Origin: Octopus sinensis
Taxonomy: Eukaryota
Length of the DNA stretch: 64,000 bases
Direction of reading: 5' to 3'
NCBI RefSeq assembly: GCF_006345805.1
Contig: NC_043000.1
Location: 22,568,001 to 22,632,000, forward strand
How positions within the stretch are numbered: the stretch's first letter is position 1; the number at the start of each line of letters is the position of its first letter. Below, in pieces: positions 35,019-48,748 of the stretch. A program made the translations under genes and the position numbers. The notes below the pieces were generated by a model that worked only from the letters and a program-made list of their open reading frames with translations, was not told where the DNA came from and ran no database searches.

Positions 35019-36084
35019 AGCTGGCAAAATCTTTAGAACATCAGACAAAATGCTTAGTGGCATTTCTCCTGGTTCTTTACCATTTCTTTTCAAATGCCAC
35101 CAAGGCATTTTAGGGTCCATAAAATAAAGTATCAGTCAAGTGCCACAGTTGATGTAATTGACTTGTCCCCCCCTCCCCCATTAAAATTGCTGGCCTTGTG
35201 CCGAAATTAAAAGAATTATTTTCTGTCTATTTTTTGCACTCATTAATTTCACTTCTTTTCTTTCCTTCATTCCTACTTGTCTTCACTTTTTGCATTTTTC
35301 TTGCTTTTCTGCCTATTTTCCAAACCTTTTTCCTTCCACCATTCTTTCTTTCTTTCTTCTATCTTTTCCTTTTCTATTTCTGTCTTCTCTCTATATTCTC
35401 CCTTCTTACTTTCTTTCTATCGCTTTTTTCCCTCCTTGTCTTTCCTTTCCAATCTCCATCTTTCTCCTCCCAGCTTTATTTCTTAGCATTTGTCTATTTT
35501 TGTCTTCAGCTTCTATATTATACCTTTATTCCTTTATTGATTTATCTATTATATATATTTATCTATTATATTTATTTAGTATATTCATTTCTTTTCTTTT
35601 TATTTCAATAATTTCTCAAACTTATTTTCCCTTGAGCCAGTTTCTCAACCCAACCCAAACCAAACCTTCATACACTTATTACCTGACTGAACAACAAATA
35701 ATACTGAAAAGGTGCATAAATTAATGGTGAGCTTTACAAGAAAAATCTCTCGATCTAGTTCAGAGAAATGATATTGAGTCAAGTAACAGAATAAATTAAC
35801 ATATTTCCAATTTCAATGAAAGAATAATTTTCTCCTTCTAGAAATTCTCCAACTACTAATGATCAGCAAAAATATTCTACAAGTTACAATAGCAATATTA
35901 AAATAACTGTTGACCTACATAAGGGAAACGAAGACATAATAAATATGTTCTCTTTTACTTGTCTTGTTTTAATCTTTACATTGTGCACATGCTCAGGCAC
36001 AGCCATGAAGGGCTTTAGTTGATCATATCTCCATCCTTCAAGACATTTTCTAAGCGTTATGCACTATTCTCATCTCCTTGGCCC

Positions 36085-36500
36085 CAAGGCCGTATTTTCT
36101 TATTTCTTTACTGCCCACAAGGGGCTACACAGAGGGGACAAACAAGGACAGACAAACAGATTAAGTCGATTATATCAACTCCAGTACATAACTGGTACTT
36201 AATTTATCAACCCCGAAAGGATGAAACGCAAAGTCGACCTCGGCGGAATTTGAACTCAGAACGTAATGGCAGATGAAATACCTATTTCTTTACTACCCAC
36301 AAGGGGCTAAACACAGAGAGGACAAACGGATTAAGTCGATTATATTGACTCCAGTGCGTAACTGGTATTTAATTTATTGACCCCGAAAGGATGAAAGGCA
36401 AAGTCGAACTCGGTGGAATTTGAACTCGGAATGTAACGGCAGACGAAATACCGCTAAGCATTTCACTTGGCATGCTAATGTTTCTGCCAGCTCGCTGCCA
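36085..36500 (-). mobile_element. SINE-B full copy + 5'-truncated SINE-B
   Basis: Two units joined at GAAATAG|GTATTTC (sense). Confidence 0.85.
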
Positions 36501-36789
36501 AGGCTGTATTTTCTTTGTTCATCCTCGTCCACTGACCTAAATCATATTCTGTGTTGTTTTGCCTGTTTTGTTTGCTTTTGTCCCTAATTCTACACAAGAA
36601 AACCATTTTTTTTTGCATGCACCGCCAATTGGGGAGCACTCGGTCTTATTGTTAAAGGTGCGAAACTGAACAGTATCAATTGGTCGCTAACTGATGAAGA
36701 ATTATAGACCTTCTATATGTCTCCCATTTGTTTTTACATTCAGTATACGTTACATCGTTTGTTTATACATTTTTTTGTTTATATATACA

Positions 36790-37015
36790 CATATTTCTTT
36801 ATTGCCCACAAGGGGCTAAACATAGAAGGGACAAAGGACAGACAAAGGGATTAAATTGATTATATCGACCCCTGTGTGTAACTGGTATTTATTTAATCAA
36901 CCCCAAAAGGATGAAAGGCAAAGTCAATCTCAGTGGAATTTGAACTTAGAATGTAGCGGCAGAAGAAATACCACTAAGAATTTTGCCTGGTGTGCAAACG
37001 ATTCTGCCAGCTTGC
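36790..37015 (-). mobile_element. SINE-B
   Basis: Full head-to-tail match to the 45717 copy. Confidence 0.82.
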
Positions 37016-37019
37016 TACC

Positions 37020-37029
37020 TTATATATAT

Positions 37030-37126
<97 letters not shown>

Positions 37127-37752
37127 TGTATTATGTATGTTATGTATGTATTTGTATGTATGTATGTATGTATGTATGTATGTATGTATGTATTATGTAT
37201 GTATGTATGTATGTATGTATGTATGTATGTATGTATGTATGTATGTAGGATGTATGTATGTGTATGTATGTATGTATGTATGTAGTATGTATGTTGTATG
37301 TATGTATGATGTATGTATGTATGTATGTATGTATGTATGTATGTATGTATGTATGTATGTATGTTGTATGTATGTATGTATGTATGTATGTATGTATGTA
37401 TGTATGATGTATGTATGTATGTATGTATGTATGTATGTATGTATGTATGTATGTATGTATGTATATGTATGTAGTATGTATGTATGTTGATGTATGTATG
37501 TATGTTGTATGTATGTATGTATGTATATGTATGTATGATGTATGTATGTATGTATGTATGTATGTATTGTATGTATGTATGTATGTTGATGTATGATGTA
37601 TGTATGTATGTATGTATGTATGTATGTATGTATGTATGTAGGATGTATGTATGTATGTATGTTATGTATGTATGTATGTATGTATGATGTATGTATGTAT
37701 GTATGTATGTATGTATGTATATATATATACACACATACACATACACACACAC
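37020..37752. repeat. (TA)n followed by a ~620 bp (TATG)n array
   Basis: Direct reading; source of the MYVC/HTYI pseudo-ORFs. Confidence 0.98.
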
Positions 37753-37758
37753 TCACAC

Positions 37759-38088
37759 ATGCATGGCTCCATGGTTAGGGTGTCGGGCACACAATCAAGA
37801 GGTAGTGGAGTTTGATTCCTGGCCCAAGCTGTGTGTTGTGTTCTTGAGGAATATACTTTATTTCATGTTGCTCCAGTTCACTCATCTGTAGAAATGAGTT
37901 GCGGCATCATTACTGCCAAGCTGTATCAGTCTTTGCCTTTCCCTTAGATAACATCAGTGGCCTGGAGAAGGGAGGCTGGTATGCATGGGCGACTGCAGGT
38001 CTTCGATAAACAACCTTGCTCAGACCTGTGCCTTGGATGCTAACTTTTTAGGTGCAACCTCATGGTCATTCATAACTGAAGGGCATCT
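37759..38088 (+). mobile_element. SINE-E
   Basis: Includes the central TGTTCTTGAGGAATATACTTTATTTCATGTTGCTCCAGTTCACTC domain. Confidence 0.8.
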
Positions 38089-38276
38089 TTTTATATATAT
38101 TTACATAAACAAATGAGAGGAAAATGTACTCAATACTTGTAGTAGAATTTATTGATTGGAAGCTCCATTACTACTTAGAGTATCTGGATATATGTGATGC
38201 AAGATGTATGGAATAATCAATGTTCCAAGATTTCTTAGCAGGCAGCCCTACCTTATTTCTGTTTCCAGTGTCACAT

Positions 38277-38278
<2 letters not shown>

Positions 38279-38352
<74 letters not shown>
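38279..38352. repeat. (TC)n microsatellite
   Basis: Direct reading. Confidence 0.98.
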
Positions 38353-38354
<2 letters not shown>

Positions 38355-39238
38355 ATGCATGTTAACACCATGCACACACATTTTGGTTTGTCTGAAGCAT
38401 TAAGAAATTTTTAAATAAATCTTTTTAAAGAAGCTCAGTTGCAGAAAAATCATAGATAAATAAATGGACATAAAACATCTTGTAATATTCCCCGTAAATA
38501 AGGTGGTGAGCTGGCTGAGTCTTTACCACATCACACAAAATGCTTAACGGCATTTTGTCTGTCTTTATCATCATCATCAGCATCGTTTAACATCCACTTT
38601 CCATGCTGACATGGGTTTTAGATGGTTTCACAGAGGATTGGCTAGTCAGGAGACCGCAGCAGGTTCCAGTCTGATCTGGCAAGGTTTGTACGGCTGGATG
38701 TCCCTTCTTAACACCAACCACTCCAATAGTGTAGTGGGTGCTTTTTACATGCCACCAGCATGGGGGCCAGTCAGGCAGTACTGCAATCAACCATGTTTGG
38801 ATGGTACTTTTACATGCCACTGGCACAGGGGCCAGTCAGGCGGCACTGGTATTAACCATGCTCGAATGGTACCTTTTATGTGCTACCGGCATGGGAGCCA
38901 ATCAAGTGGTACTGGCATTGACCACCCTTGAATGGTACCTTTTCCATACCACTGACACAGGAGCCAGTCAGGCAGCACTGGCATCAACCATGCTCAAATA
39001 GTGCTTTTTGTGTGCCACTGACACAAATTCTGCTGAGGTTGTCTTTGCTTTCTATCCTTTTGGGGGGTTGATAAAATAAATACCAGCTGACACTGGGGTC
39101 AAAGAAATTGACTAGCTGCTGACCTTGTGCCAAAATTTGAAACCAGTATTCCCCATAAATGATTCTGTCTGGATTTTGCATCTAAAGAGTATTTCATCTA
39201 ATCTCTTATATGTTATTAAAGATATTATTTGTTATAAT

Positions 39239-39771
39239 CAGTAACCCCTTGCCATATCGCGGTTCACTTATCGCGGTTCACCTATCTCAGTTTATTATTT
39301 AACCCTTTCGTTACTGTATTTATTTTGAGATGCTCTGTGTTTCTTTCAATTACTTTAAATATAACAAAAGAATTTAGTAAAATAACTTAGTTATCATTAA
39401 GCTAGTGTTAGGAACGTAAATTGTGACTAAGGTTTGGTGGAAGATTTTAATTCGAAACTTATGAAAACAAGACATTTTACCACAGAGCCGGTTTTGGCCG
39501 GGTTAGTAACAAAAGGGTTAAGCTTACGTCGATTCCTCCGTGGTGTTGTTTTGCATTTATAATGAAATAAATATATACAAATTATAAAAATAATAGAAAA
39601 TGGTGCATCCTTCTGGCTTGCCAGTCCTCAGTCAAACCTTCCAACCCATGCCAGTATGGAAAGCGGACGTTAAACGACAAATACAGTACTGTTTCTACTT
39701 TGTGGATTTTCACCTGTCGCGAGGGGTTGGGGGGTTGGAATGTAACACCTGCGATAGTTGAGGGGTTACTG
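39239..39771. mobile_element. Tigger/pogo-like non-autonomous element hosting MITE-G (39299-39521) and an RTE tail (39601-39680)
   Basis: TIRs CAGTAACCCCTTGCCATATCGC / GCGATAGTTGAGGGGTTACTG. Confidence 0.65.
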
Positions 39772-39847
39772 AATGTTTCATTTGCATTTGAGTTTCTTCA
39801 AAAGAAACCAAAAATGTGTGTGTGTGTAAATGGATTACTAAATTGAT

Positions 39848-40095
39848 AGGTATAGGCATGGTGGCATGATAAAGAAACTTGCTTCTCAAATCATGAGCTC
39901 CACACAGCTCCGGCAGAAGGTAATGGTGAACTTTTGCTGACTCTTTTGCCACAACTTTCTCTCACTCTTTCTTCCTGCATCTTATAGCTCACCTGCGACA
40001 GAACGGCGTCCCGTCCAGGTGGGGAACCTATACGCCAAGGAAACTGGGAAACTGGCTCTTATAAGCCATGCATGGCTCGAGAAGAAACAAACAAA
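39848..40095 (+). mobile_element. Chimeric SINE: A-type head fragment joined to L-type body and tail
   Basis: 39848-39897 resembles the SINE-A head; the remainder matches the reverse complement of 62241-62440. Confidence 0.6.
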
Positions 40096-40399
40096 CAATT
40101 GTCCTTATATTGAGTGGTATCCATTTATACCACTAAAAACAGATTTGCCTATTTTGATTTTGTATTCGGAGTGGTTGGCGTTAGGAAGGGCATCCAGCTG
40201 TAGAAACACTGCTAGATCTGACTGGCCTGGTGCAGCCTTCGGGCTCCCCAGACCCCAGTTGAACCGTCCAACTCATGCTAGCATGGAAAACGGATGTTAA
40301 ATGATGATGATGATGAATTCATCATGAGTCAGTTGGCTAGATATTTAACCAGATGACTAATAATAAAAAAGTGATATTGAACCAGTGTATGTATTTATT

Positions 40400-40845
40400 A
40401 TTATACTCTACTCTAGGCACAATGCCTGAAATTTTGGGGGAGGGAGCCAGTTGATTAGATCAACCCCAGTATGCAACTGGTACTTAATTTATTGGAAAGC
40501 AAAGTTGACATCAGCGGAATTTGAACTCAGAACATAAGGACAGACTAAAAACGGCTAAGCATTTTGCCCAGCATGCTAACATCTCTGCCAGCTCACCACC
40601 TTAACAACTATAATAAATAATCTTGTCTGCTCTAGGCTCAAGGCCTGAAATTTTTGAGGAGGGGGCCAGTTGATTAGATAAAAATCCAGTATGCAACTGG
40701 TACTTAATTTATTGACTCCTGAAAGGATGAAATGCAAAGTTGACCTCGGCGGAATTTGAACTCAGAATGTAAAGGCAGATGAAATACCGCTAAGCATTTC
40801 GCCTAGCGTGCTAATGTTTCTGCCAGCTCGCCATCTTTATGTGTT
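40400..40845 (-). mobile_element. Two tandem SINE-B2 copies
   Basis: Both carry the CTCTAGGC.CAA.GCCTGAAATTTT B2 tail. Confidence 0.8.
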
Positions 40846-41573
40846 TATTCATCATCGTTTAACATCCGCTTTCCATGCTAGCATGGGTTGGATGGTTTGA
40901 CCGGGGTTTGGGAAGCCAGGAGGCTGCATCAGGCTCTAGTCTGTTCTGGCAGTATTTCTACAGTTGAAACAGACTGGAGCCTGATGTAGCCTCCTGGCTT
41001 CCTGGGCTTTATCATTATTGGCATAATGACCCTCCCAAGATACAACAAGATATGTTTGTTTAATTATTTGATTAATAGAAATAAATAAGAACCAGGCTAA
41101 ATGAAAGTAGCACCAGGGTTGATATGACTAAAAAACCCTGAAGACAGTGCTCCAGCATAGCTGCATTTCAATGATAGGGACAAGTAAAAGAATGTGTGTG
41201 TGCATGTGTGTTTGATGGTTCTTTATTTAAGATTGTTACTTGACCCATTAACATCCAGATTATTCGGTTAAGTGTATTACTTATTTATTGACATTGTTTT
41301 GAATTAAATATGGATTACTTTGTGGCTTCAATATTTTGTTAATGTAATCTATTGTTCGTCTTGAGAATGATGTTGTAGTGTAGGTGTGAAAGGCCAGATT
41401 TGGATGGTGTAAACATAAAATAGAATATTTGGGCCGGATAAGGCTGATTTGAATGCTAAAAGGTTAAAGTAATTTCAAAAATACCAGTGAAACATTTACT
41501 GATGGAGAGACTGAATACTAAAAGTAGAGGTATATTTATTGTAAAATTTATAACTGGAATTTTATTTTTATCA

Positions 41574-42215
41574 GCTGTGTGGTAAGTAGCTTGCTTCCCA
41601 ACCACATGGTTCTGGGTTCAGTCCCACTGCGTGGCATCTTGGACAAGTGTCTTCTACTATAGCCTCGGGCTGACCAAAGCCTTATGAGTGGATTCAGTAG
41701 ACAGAAACTGAAAACGGTTAAGGTGGTGAGCTGGCAGAATCGTTAGCACGCTGGACGAAATGCTTAGCGGTATTTCGTCTACTGTTACGTTTTGAGTTCA
41801 AATTCCGCCGAGGTTGACTTTGCCTTTCATCCTTTCAGGGTCGATAAATTAAGTACTGATTATGCACTGGGGTTGATGTAATCAACTTAATCCCATTGTC
41901 TGTCCTTGTTTGTCCCCTCTATGTTTAGCCCCTTGTGGGCAATAAAGAAATAAGAAATAAGAAACTGAAAAAGGCCCGTTGTATGTATATATATATATGT
42001 ATAGGTTTGTGTGTCTGTGTTTGTACCCCTTCATTGCTTGACAACTGATGCTGGTGTGTTTGCGTCTCTGTAACTTAGCAGTTCGGCAAAAGAGACTGAT
42101 AGAATAAGTACTAGGCTTACAAAGAATAAATCCTGGGGTCGATTTGTTCGACTAAAGGCAATGCTCCAGCATGGCAGCAGTCAAATGGCTGAAACAAATT
42201 AAAGAATAAAAGAAT
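41574..42215 (+). mobile_element. SINE-A with nested SINE-B (41715-41959)
   Basis: 12-bp TSD AGAAACTGAAAA at 41703-41714 and 41960-41971. Confidence 0.88.
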
Positions 42216-42434
42216 GACTTATTCAGGTGTCTGTATGTATGTGTGTGTATGCATATGTGTATGCATGTGTGTATGTGTGTGTGTGTGTATGTAGGGGCTT
42301 GTTAATGAACTAGTCACTTTGAAAATACTGTAAGATTTGTAAGATTGAAAAAAAAATCCTGCAGGTTATAATGTAATGAAACAATCTAATGAATAAGTGA
42401 CCCCACCTTCTCTCTCTCCATATGGATATGCAGT

Positions 42435-42465
<31 letters not shown>

Positions 42466-42994
42466 AAGCGAGATGGAGAGAGAACCAAGTTGTTAGAAAG
42501 TACTTACTGATAGCAGCCTCTTTTTTCTCCTCTAAATTCTACTCTTCAGTATCGTATCCCACATGCCACTTACTGTTCATAAATCTTTTAATTTTTGGAA
42601 TTAATTTTTTAAATGCCACTTAGCCTCTTCCCCTCCAGTTCTCCCTACCTTCACAACTGCCTTTAAATAGGTTTCCTTACTTTCTTCTTTCCAATAAGGT
42701 TATTTCTATCTCTGCTCATTTCATCTCGTTCTTCTTCATATTGTCCTAAAACTATTGGAGTATATAAAGATATCCCCAAAATTATGTATACAATTTAATT
42801 AAATTAAATCGTAGATGATGCATTAGTTGTTAACACAAATACATGCATGTAGGCATTGTATGGTGATGTGGTTAAAATGTTTGCTTCCCAACCACATGGT
42901 TTCAAGTTCAATCCTACTGTGTAGTACCTTGGGCAAGAATCTTCTACCATAGCCCAAGGCCTACCAAATCCTTGTGAGTGAGCAATTGTGTGAG

Positions 42995-43795
42995 AGTATG
43001 TGGCGAAGTGGTTAGGGTAGTCAGTTCATAATCATATTGTCATGAGTTCCATCCCCAGTGGTCACTCTGTCCTTGAGCAAGACACTTTATTTCATGTTGC
43101 TCCAGTCCACTCAGCTAGCAAAAATGAATAGTACCTGTTACCATAAATCCTCGAGTATAATCCGCCCTTGAGTATAATACGCAGGGGATTTTTAGGGGGC
43201 TGTGCCTCTGAAAAACCTGAACCCTTTTCTAACTTGAGTCATGCATAATTAAGCCAGCAGTACCTAGTCGAACAAACACTTCCACGCATGCGTAATACAA
43301 TAATGGTGATGTTCTTAACTGTTATATGGGAATGTAAATACGTTTGCAAATTGTTTTTGTTACATGTTATTCTGTGTTCCGAATACTTTTATTTTAATAA
43401 ATGTTGCTTACTGCAAGTTATGGATGATTCTTTTATGACTTCATTGCTTTCAGGCTTAGCTTAAGGTATTTTCGTGCCCGACATCACAAAATGTGTCTGA
43501 ATAAACATTGCTGGACAGCAAATAGAGACTCGGACATTGCTTAGAAAATATTTTTCATTTTTAACCTCGTATATAGTACGCACTAGGGATTTTGACCTTT
43601 AAATTTTGGGGAAAAAATGCGGATTATACTCAAGGATTTACGGTATTTAAAAAGCCAGTCTTGACACATTCGATATCAGGCTGAACCTCTTTGAGAACTA
43701 TATAAAGGGTGTGTGTGTCTGTGGAGTGCTCAGCCACTTTCATATTAATTTCACAGGCAGGCTGTTCTGTTGATTGCATCAGCTGGAACCCCCAC
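42995..43795 (+). mobile_element. SINE-F2 interrupted by a TcMar MITE
   Basis: The head before 43139 and the tail after 43645 together match the reverse complement of 34675-34958. Confidence 0.7.
43139..43645. mobile_element. Tc1/mariner-superfamily (pogo/Tc2-like) MITE
   Basis: TA-CCATAAATCCTCGAGTATAATCCGC ... GCGGATTATACTCAAGGATTTACGG-TA; coordinates include both TA. Confidence 0.85.
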
Positions 43796-44074
43796 CATCA
43801 TATATAATGGAGTGCCAGTCTTGACATGTGTGATTGTTGTAAGTGAGCATCGCCATTGTGCAAGCAGTGTCATCCATTTCCAATCTTCTAAGAAAACATG
43901 TCCAATCATGGAGAAATACACACACACACCTGAATTGGTCATTCCTTTATTTCTTGGAAGAGCAGCAAGCTCTAAAAAAATTTGCCTCAATGAATTCTGT
44001 CTGGTCTAAGCAAGTAAAGAGAAGTAGACTTTACTACTGTGATGATGATGATGATGATATATATATTCTTTTCT

Positions 44075-44282
44075 ATTCTATACACAAGGCCCGAAATCTT
44101 TGGGGAGGAGGTACCAGTCGATTAGATCGACCTCAGTACACAACTGGTACTTAATTTATTGACTCCGAAAGGATGAAAGGCAAAGTCGACTTCAGCAGAA
44201 TTTGAACTCAGAATGTAAAGACAGACGAAATACCGCTAAGCATCTCGTCCGGCGTGCTAACGTTTCTGTCAGCTCGCCACCA
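44075..44282 (-). mobile_element. SINE-B2
   Basis: Full head and B2 tail. Confidence 0.82.
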
Positions 44283-45716
44283 TATGATATGTATATTGTA
44301 ACAGTATAGCATCTACTCTTATAATACTCTTGTGTTTTTCTCCATCACAACATATGAATGAGAAAGGAAAGGAGTGATAGAGGAATAATGAAGGAAGGGG
44401 TGATGGCAAACTGGTAGTGGGATGGTGAACATTCAATGCCGAAAAGAAAAATCAAGCAGCACTTCAACTCTTTGTGAGTATATGTGTGCGCGTGTACAAG
44501 GAAGTATGTGAATGTATCTGAACATTGACAAGGGTATTAATTTGATTTACAATCCATATTTATATATAAAATACTACAATTAGTCGTCATTTTTGACAGC
44601 ATGGGGCCAGTTAGTATTTAATATATTTTGCTAAGTGCAAATAACATTTGACATAGAACTCAGTACATTGAGCAGGGTGGATAGATATGTTTACAGTATC
44701 AAAGTTTGATGGACTGTGCTGATATAATAAACATTGTATGTGTGTGTATTTGTAATATTATTGATTTAAGTCCTTGAAGGTGGTGATCCAGCTTGATGGC
44801 CACAGTCCATTGATTGAAAGAAATAAAAGAGTGTGTGTGTGTTTGTATACACATATATCCATTTTAGTTGTGTTAAGTTTGTGGGGTGTGTGCTTGAAAG
44901 GGCTATGCAGGTCTATTTTAGGAGTCTTGTCAATCATTATTGTTGTTGGATTGAAGAGAGAGAAAGCTAAGTCATTGATGTTAAGAAAGAGGGAGCAAGT
45001 TACACACACACACATACATATATATATATACATATACACACACATATATATTAGAAGGAAGAAGGAAAGAAGAAAGTTAGAGAGAGAGATTGAAATGGTA
45101 AAATAAAAAGGAAAGAAAGGGGTGGTAGTTATTCAGTAAATCATTTGGTGGGCGTTGGAGAATGAGAATCCATTCTATTATCTCCCAGTAATATTGATTA
45201 TATCATTGCAATGATTACATATAGAATATGATTACATGCACAGCATTATATCATTTCTGTGTCTTTATTTTTTTTTTTTATCATTTTGGATGCCTAATCC
45301 AACTTCCAGATTTTCTTTCGTTTGAAGCCATTTTTTTATTTTTATATCCTTTGTTGTAGTTGAGAACATAGAATTATCGGCAAGTTTAGGGTCTATGAAA
45401 TCTAGAAATGTTTCTAAAACGTACAATTCGCTGTTGAGCAAGCTACATACTGAGTGGAATCCTCCTCCTCCTCCTCATCATCCTCGTCATCATCATTTAA
45501 CACACCTTTTTCCATGCTGACATGGGTTGGATGGTTTGACAGGATCTGGTGGTCCACGAGGCTGTGTTGAGTTCCGGTCTCATCTTAGGCATTATTTCTA
45601 TTACTGGATTTGTGACAGAGGTCACATAGACTTGAACACAGCTACTGCTGACTGCTTTTCCCAAAGCGTTAGGTTCTTAAATAGGGACTTTTCCCTGACA
45701 CAATCCTGCAACTAAT

Positions 45717-46111
45717 AAGGCAGTGAGCTGGCAGAAACGTTAGCACACCGGGCGAAATGCTTAGCAGTATTTCATCTGCCGCTACGTTCTGAGTTCAAAT
45801 TCTGCCGAGGTCGACTTTGCCTTTCATCCTTTCGGGGTCGATAAATTAAGTACCAGTTACGCACTGGGGTCGATATAATCTACTTAATCCGTCTGTCTGT
45901 CCTTGTTTGTCTCCTCTGTGTTTAGCTCCTTGTGGGTAGTAAAGAAATAGGTATTTCGTCTGTCTTTACATTCTGAGTTCAAATTCTGCCAAGGTTGGCT
46001 TTGCCTCTCATCCTTTCGGGGGTCAATAAATTAAGTACCAGTTGCGTACTGGGGTTGATATAATCGACTGCCCCACCTTAAATTTCAGACCTTGTGCCTA
46101 GGGTAGAAACG
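45717..46111 (+). mobile_element. SINE-B + truncated B2 flanked by one 15-bp TSD
   Basis: AATCCTGCAACTAAT at 45702-45716 and 46112-46126. Confidence 0.9.
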
Positions 46112-47101
46112 AATCCTGCAACTAATCGGCACACATCATCATTATTAGTAGTGCTGCTGTACATCAGCAGGTAGATTCTACACTATATGCAAATATACTT
46201 CAGACCAGTGATTCTAATTCATTTCAAGGTGATTCAAGTAAACGATGCAGATGAGCTGCAAAAACCGTGAAATATGGATAGCCATCAGTCTTAATCATCT
46301 ACAGGTTGTATTGTCTCACCTGGTTGGATGTATTCAGTGGGCTTTTTTTTTGTTTTTGAACACTTGGAATCTTAAAGGGACTTTTCCCTTAATGCTATCC
46401 TGCAGCTAATGAGCCCATACACATACATTAAAAACAAATTGGAAAAATTGATTGTGTGTCAGCTAGAATGTTTATTTGTCTCTAGTTTCTGCACTCTGAG
46501 TTCAAATCCTACCAATGCTAAATCTGCCTTTGATTATTTTGGGATCCATTCATAACATACCATTCTAAGGCGGCAAAAGGACAAAATCATTAGAGCATTT
46601 GATGGAGTACTTGGTGATGGTCTATTCTGGACTCTTTGTAATACTGACAGTAATACTTGCAACTATACTGACACCAAGTTGTATTGGCTATTATCATTTC
46701 CATGGATAACACCAGTCATGTGGAAAGGGCATACATGGACAACTGCTAGTCTTCCATAAAAAAGAAAAAAAAATGTCTTGTTATCTTGTCTAGGCCTGCC
46801 CCTCAGAGAGAAATTTTCCAGATGCAGATTTGTAGTCTCAAGAGATTCATGGTAACACTGGAGAGTAAAAAGCTGTATATTTAGTTCAGTACTTTTTTGA
46901 ATTCATATAAATGTGATCAACTAATGACTATTTTGTTAAACAATTTTGCTTTGACAAAGCAGTTTAAATAGATAAGCTTTTACAAAGACCCTAGCTTGTA
47001 GTAAGTCTCTGAACCTGCTAGAAATAGCATCTGGTTTTCCCTCATACCATACTTCAGTATCTTTATAAAGAGGACAAGTTTGATAATGTGGTTTTTTATA
47101 T

Positions 47102-47275
47102 AGGCGTAGGAGTGGCTGTGTGGTAAGTAGCTTGCTTACCAACCACATAGTTCCGGGTTCAGTCCCACTGCGTGGCACCTTGGGCAAATGTCTTCTACTA
47201 TAGCCTCAGGCCGACCAAAGCCTTGTGAGTGGATTTGGTAGACGGAAACTGAAAGAAGCCCGTCATATATATATA

Positions 47276-47306
<31 letters not shown>

Positions 47307-47520
47307 GTGCGTGTGTATGTTTGTGTGTCTGTGTTTGTCCTTCCAACATCGCTTAGCAACCGATGCTGGTGTGTTACGTCCCTATAACTTAACAGTTTGG
47401 CAAAAGAGAGCGATAGAATAAGTACTAGGCTTACAAAGAATAAGTCCTGGGATCGATTTGCTTGACTAAAGGCAGTGCTCCAGCATGGCCACAGTCAAAT
47501 GACTGAAACAAGTAAAAGAG
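47102..47520 (+). mobile_element. SINE-A, full length, little diverged
   Basis: GGCGTAGGAGTGGCTGTGTGGTAAG...CCGGGTTCAGTCCC; tail GAAACAAGTAAAAGAG. Confidence 0.92.
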
Positions 47521-48314
47521 AAATGTTTGAAGAAAAAAGGAATGATGGTCATGGTTAGATCACACCAGTGATCACATAGTTCTAAACAATGAAGATATTA
47601 CTAAAGATGCTTTACAAGCATCTGTATAGGACTGAAAAATGTGGCTGGAGACAGCTGTAATCCCTTCTCAGTCAGATACAGAGGAAATTTCATTAATACA
47701 ACATAAAGTACAGAATAATAGCATAATATGAAAAGTGCAATGAGAATTTAATAGCAAATAGAAATAATACAAAAATGTTTAGCATAAATATCAAGAATTC
47801 ATTGTTTTAGCAGTTAAATTCATGATTCATACTATAAAAGAAAGCCACTTTAATCATTTGCTTATGCATGCATGGAGATAAGAAAGGAAGACTATTAAAA
47901 TAGTTTTTCTCATCTCATTTATTTCGTTGTTGTTTTTGAAGACCACCATGTTATGAGATGTGAAATTTGTCTTTTGTATATGTGTAATGTTTTGAATGTG
48001 ATATCAGCCATGGTGTGTATGTGTCAGTTTGACAGTCAAATAATAAAACATCAGGAATAATGAGATATTCAAATTACTGAACCAGACTTTTAGAAGTATT
48101 TCTTGTCTACCAGGTGCCCAATACCATCTCCTGCCCATGTTCCCTCCACCCCTGCACCCCTTTCCTAGTTCTCAGGGTTGGCACTGTCAATGTAGGCACA
48201 TTGAAAGGTAGGTCTAGCAAGATTGTTGAGATGCTTTACATTTATTTCGGAATTTATTTACAGATATTTCAGAATCAACTTAGAAATTAGTTGTTCACAA
48301 CTATAATAAATAAT

Positions 48315-48748
48315 CTCTTCTACTCTAGGCACAAGGCCCAAAATTTTTTGGGAGGGTGCCAGTCGATTATATCAACCCCACTATGCAACTGGTACTTAAT
48401 TTATTGACCCCGAAAGGATGAAAGGCAAAGTTGACCTTGGTGGAATTTGAACTTAGAACATAAAAGCAGATGAAATACTGCTAAGCATTTTACCTGGCAT
48501 GCTAACGTTTCTTATTTCTTTACTGCCCACAAGGGGCTACACACAGAGGGGACAAACAAGGACAGACAAACGGATTAAGTCGATTATATTGACCCCAGTG
48601 CGTAATTGGTACTTATTTAATCGACCCCGAAAGGATGAAAGGCAAAGTCGACCTTGGCGGAATTTGAACTCAGAACGTAGCGGCAGATGAAATACTGCTA
48701 AGCATTTCGCCCGGCATGCTAACGTTTCTGCCATCTTTCTGCCTTAGC
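48315..48748 (-). mobile_element. SINE-B + truncated B2 with 16-bp TSD-like flanks
   Basis: AACTATAATA(A/G)ATAAT at 48299-48314 and 48749-48764. Confidence 0.85.

Noticed and set aside
35198-35724. Hydrophobic 'membrane protein' ORFs (also 1111-1389)
   Set aside because: T/C-rich low-complexity DNA giving F/L/S runs; no splice or homology support.
36660-36720. Type-II hammerhead-like GAAAC-TGAACAGT-A...CTGATGA
   Set aside because: Stems I and II cannot be formed convincingly.
36983-37778. MYVC/HTYI ORFs and apparent higher-order pattern in the (TATG)n array
   Set aside because: Microsatellite; the interruptions are mostly single-base losses, consistent with slippage or long-read consensus error.
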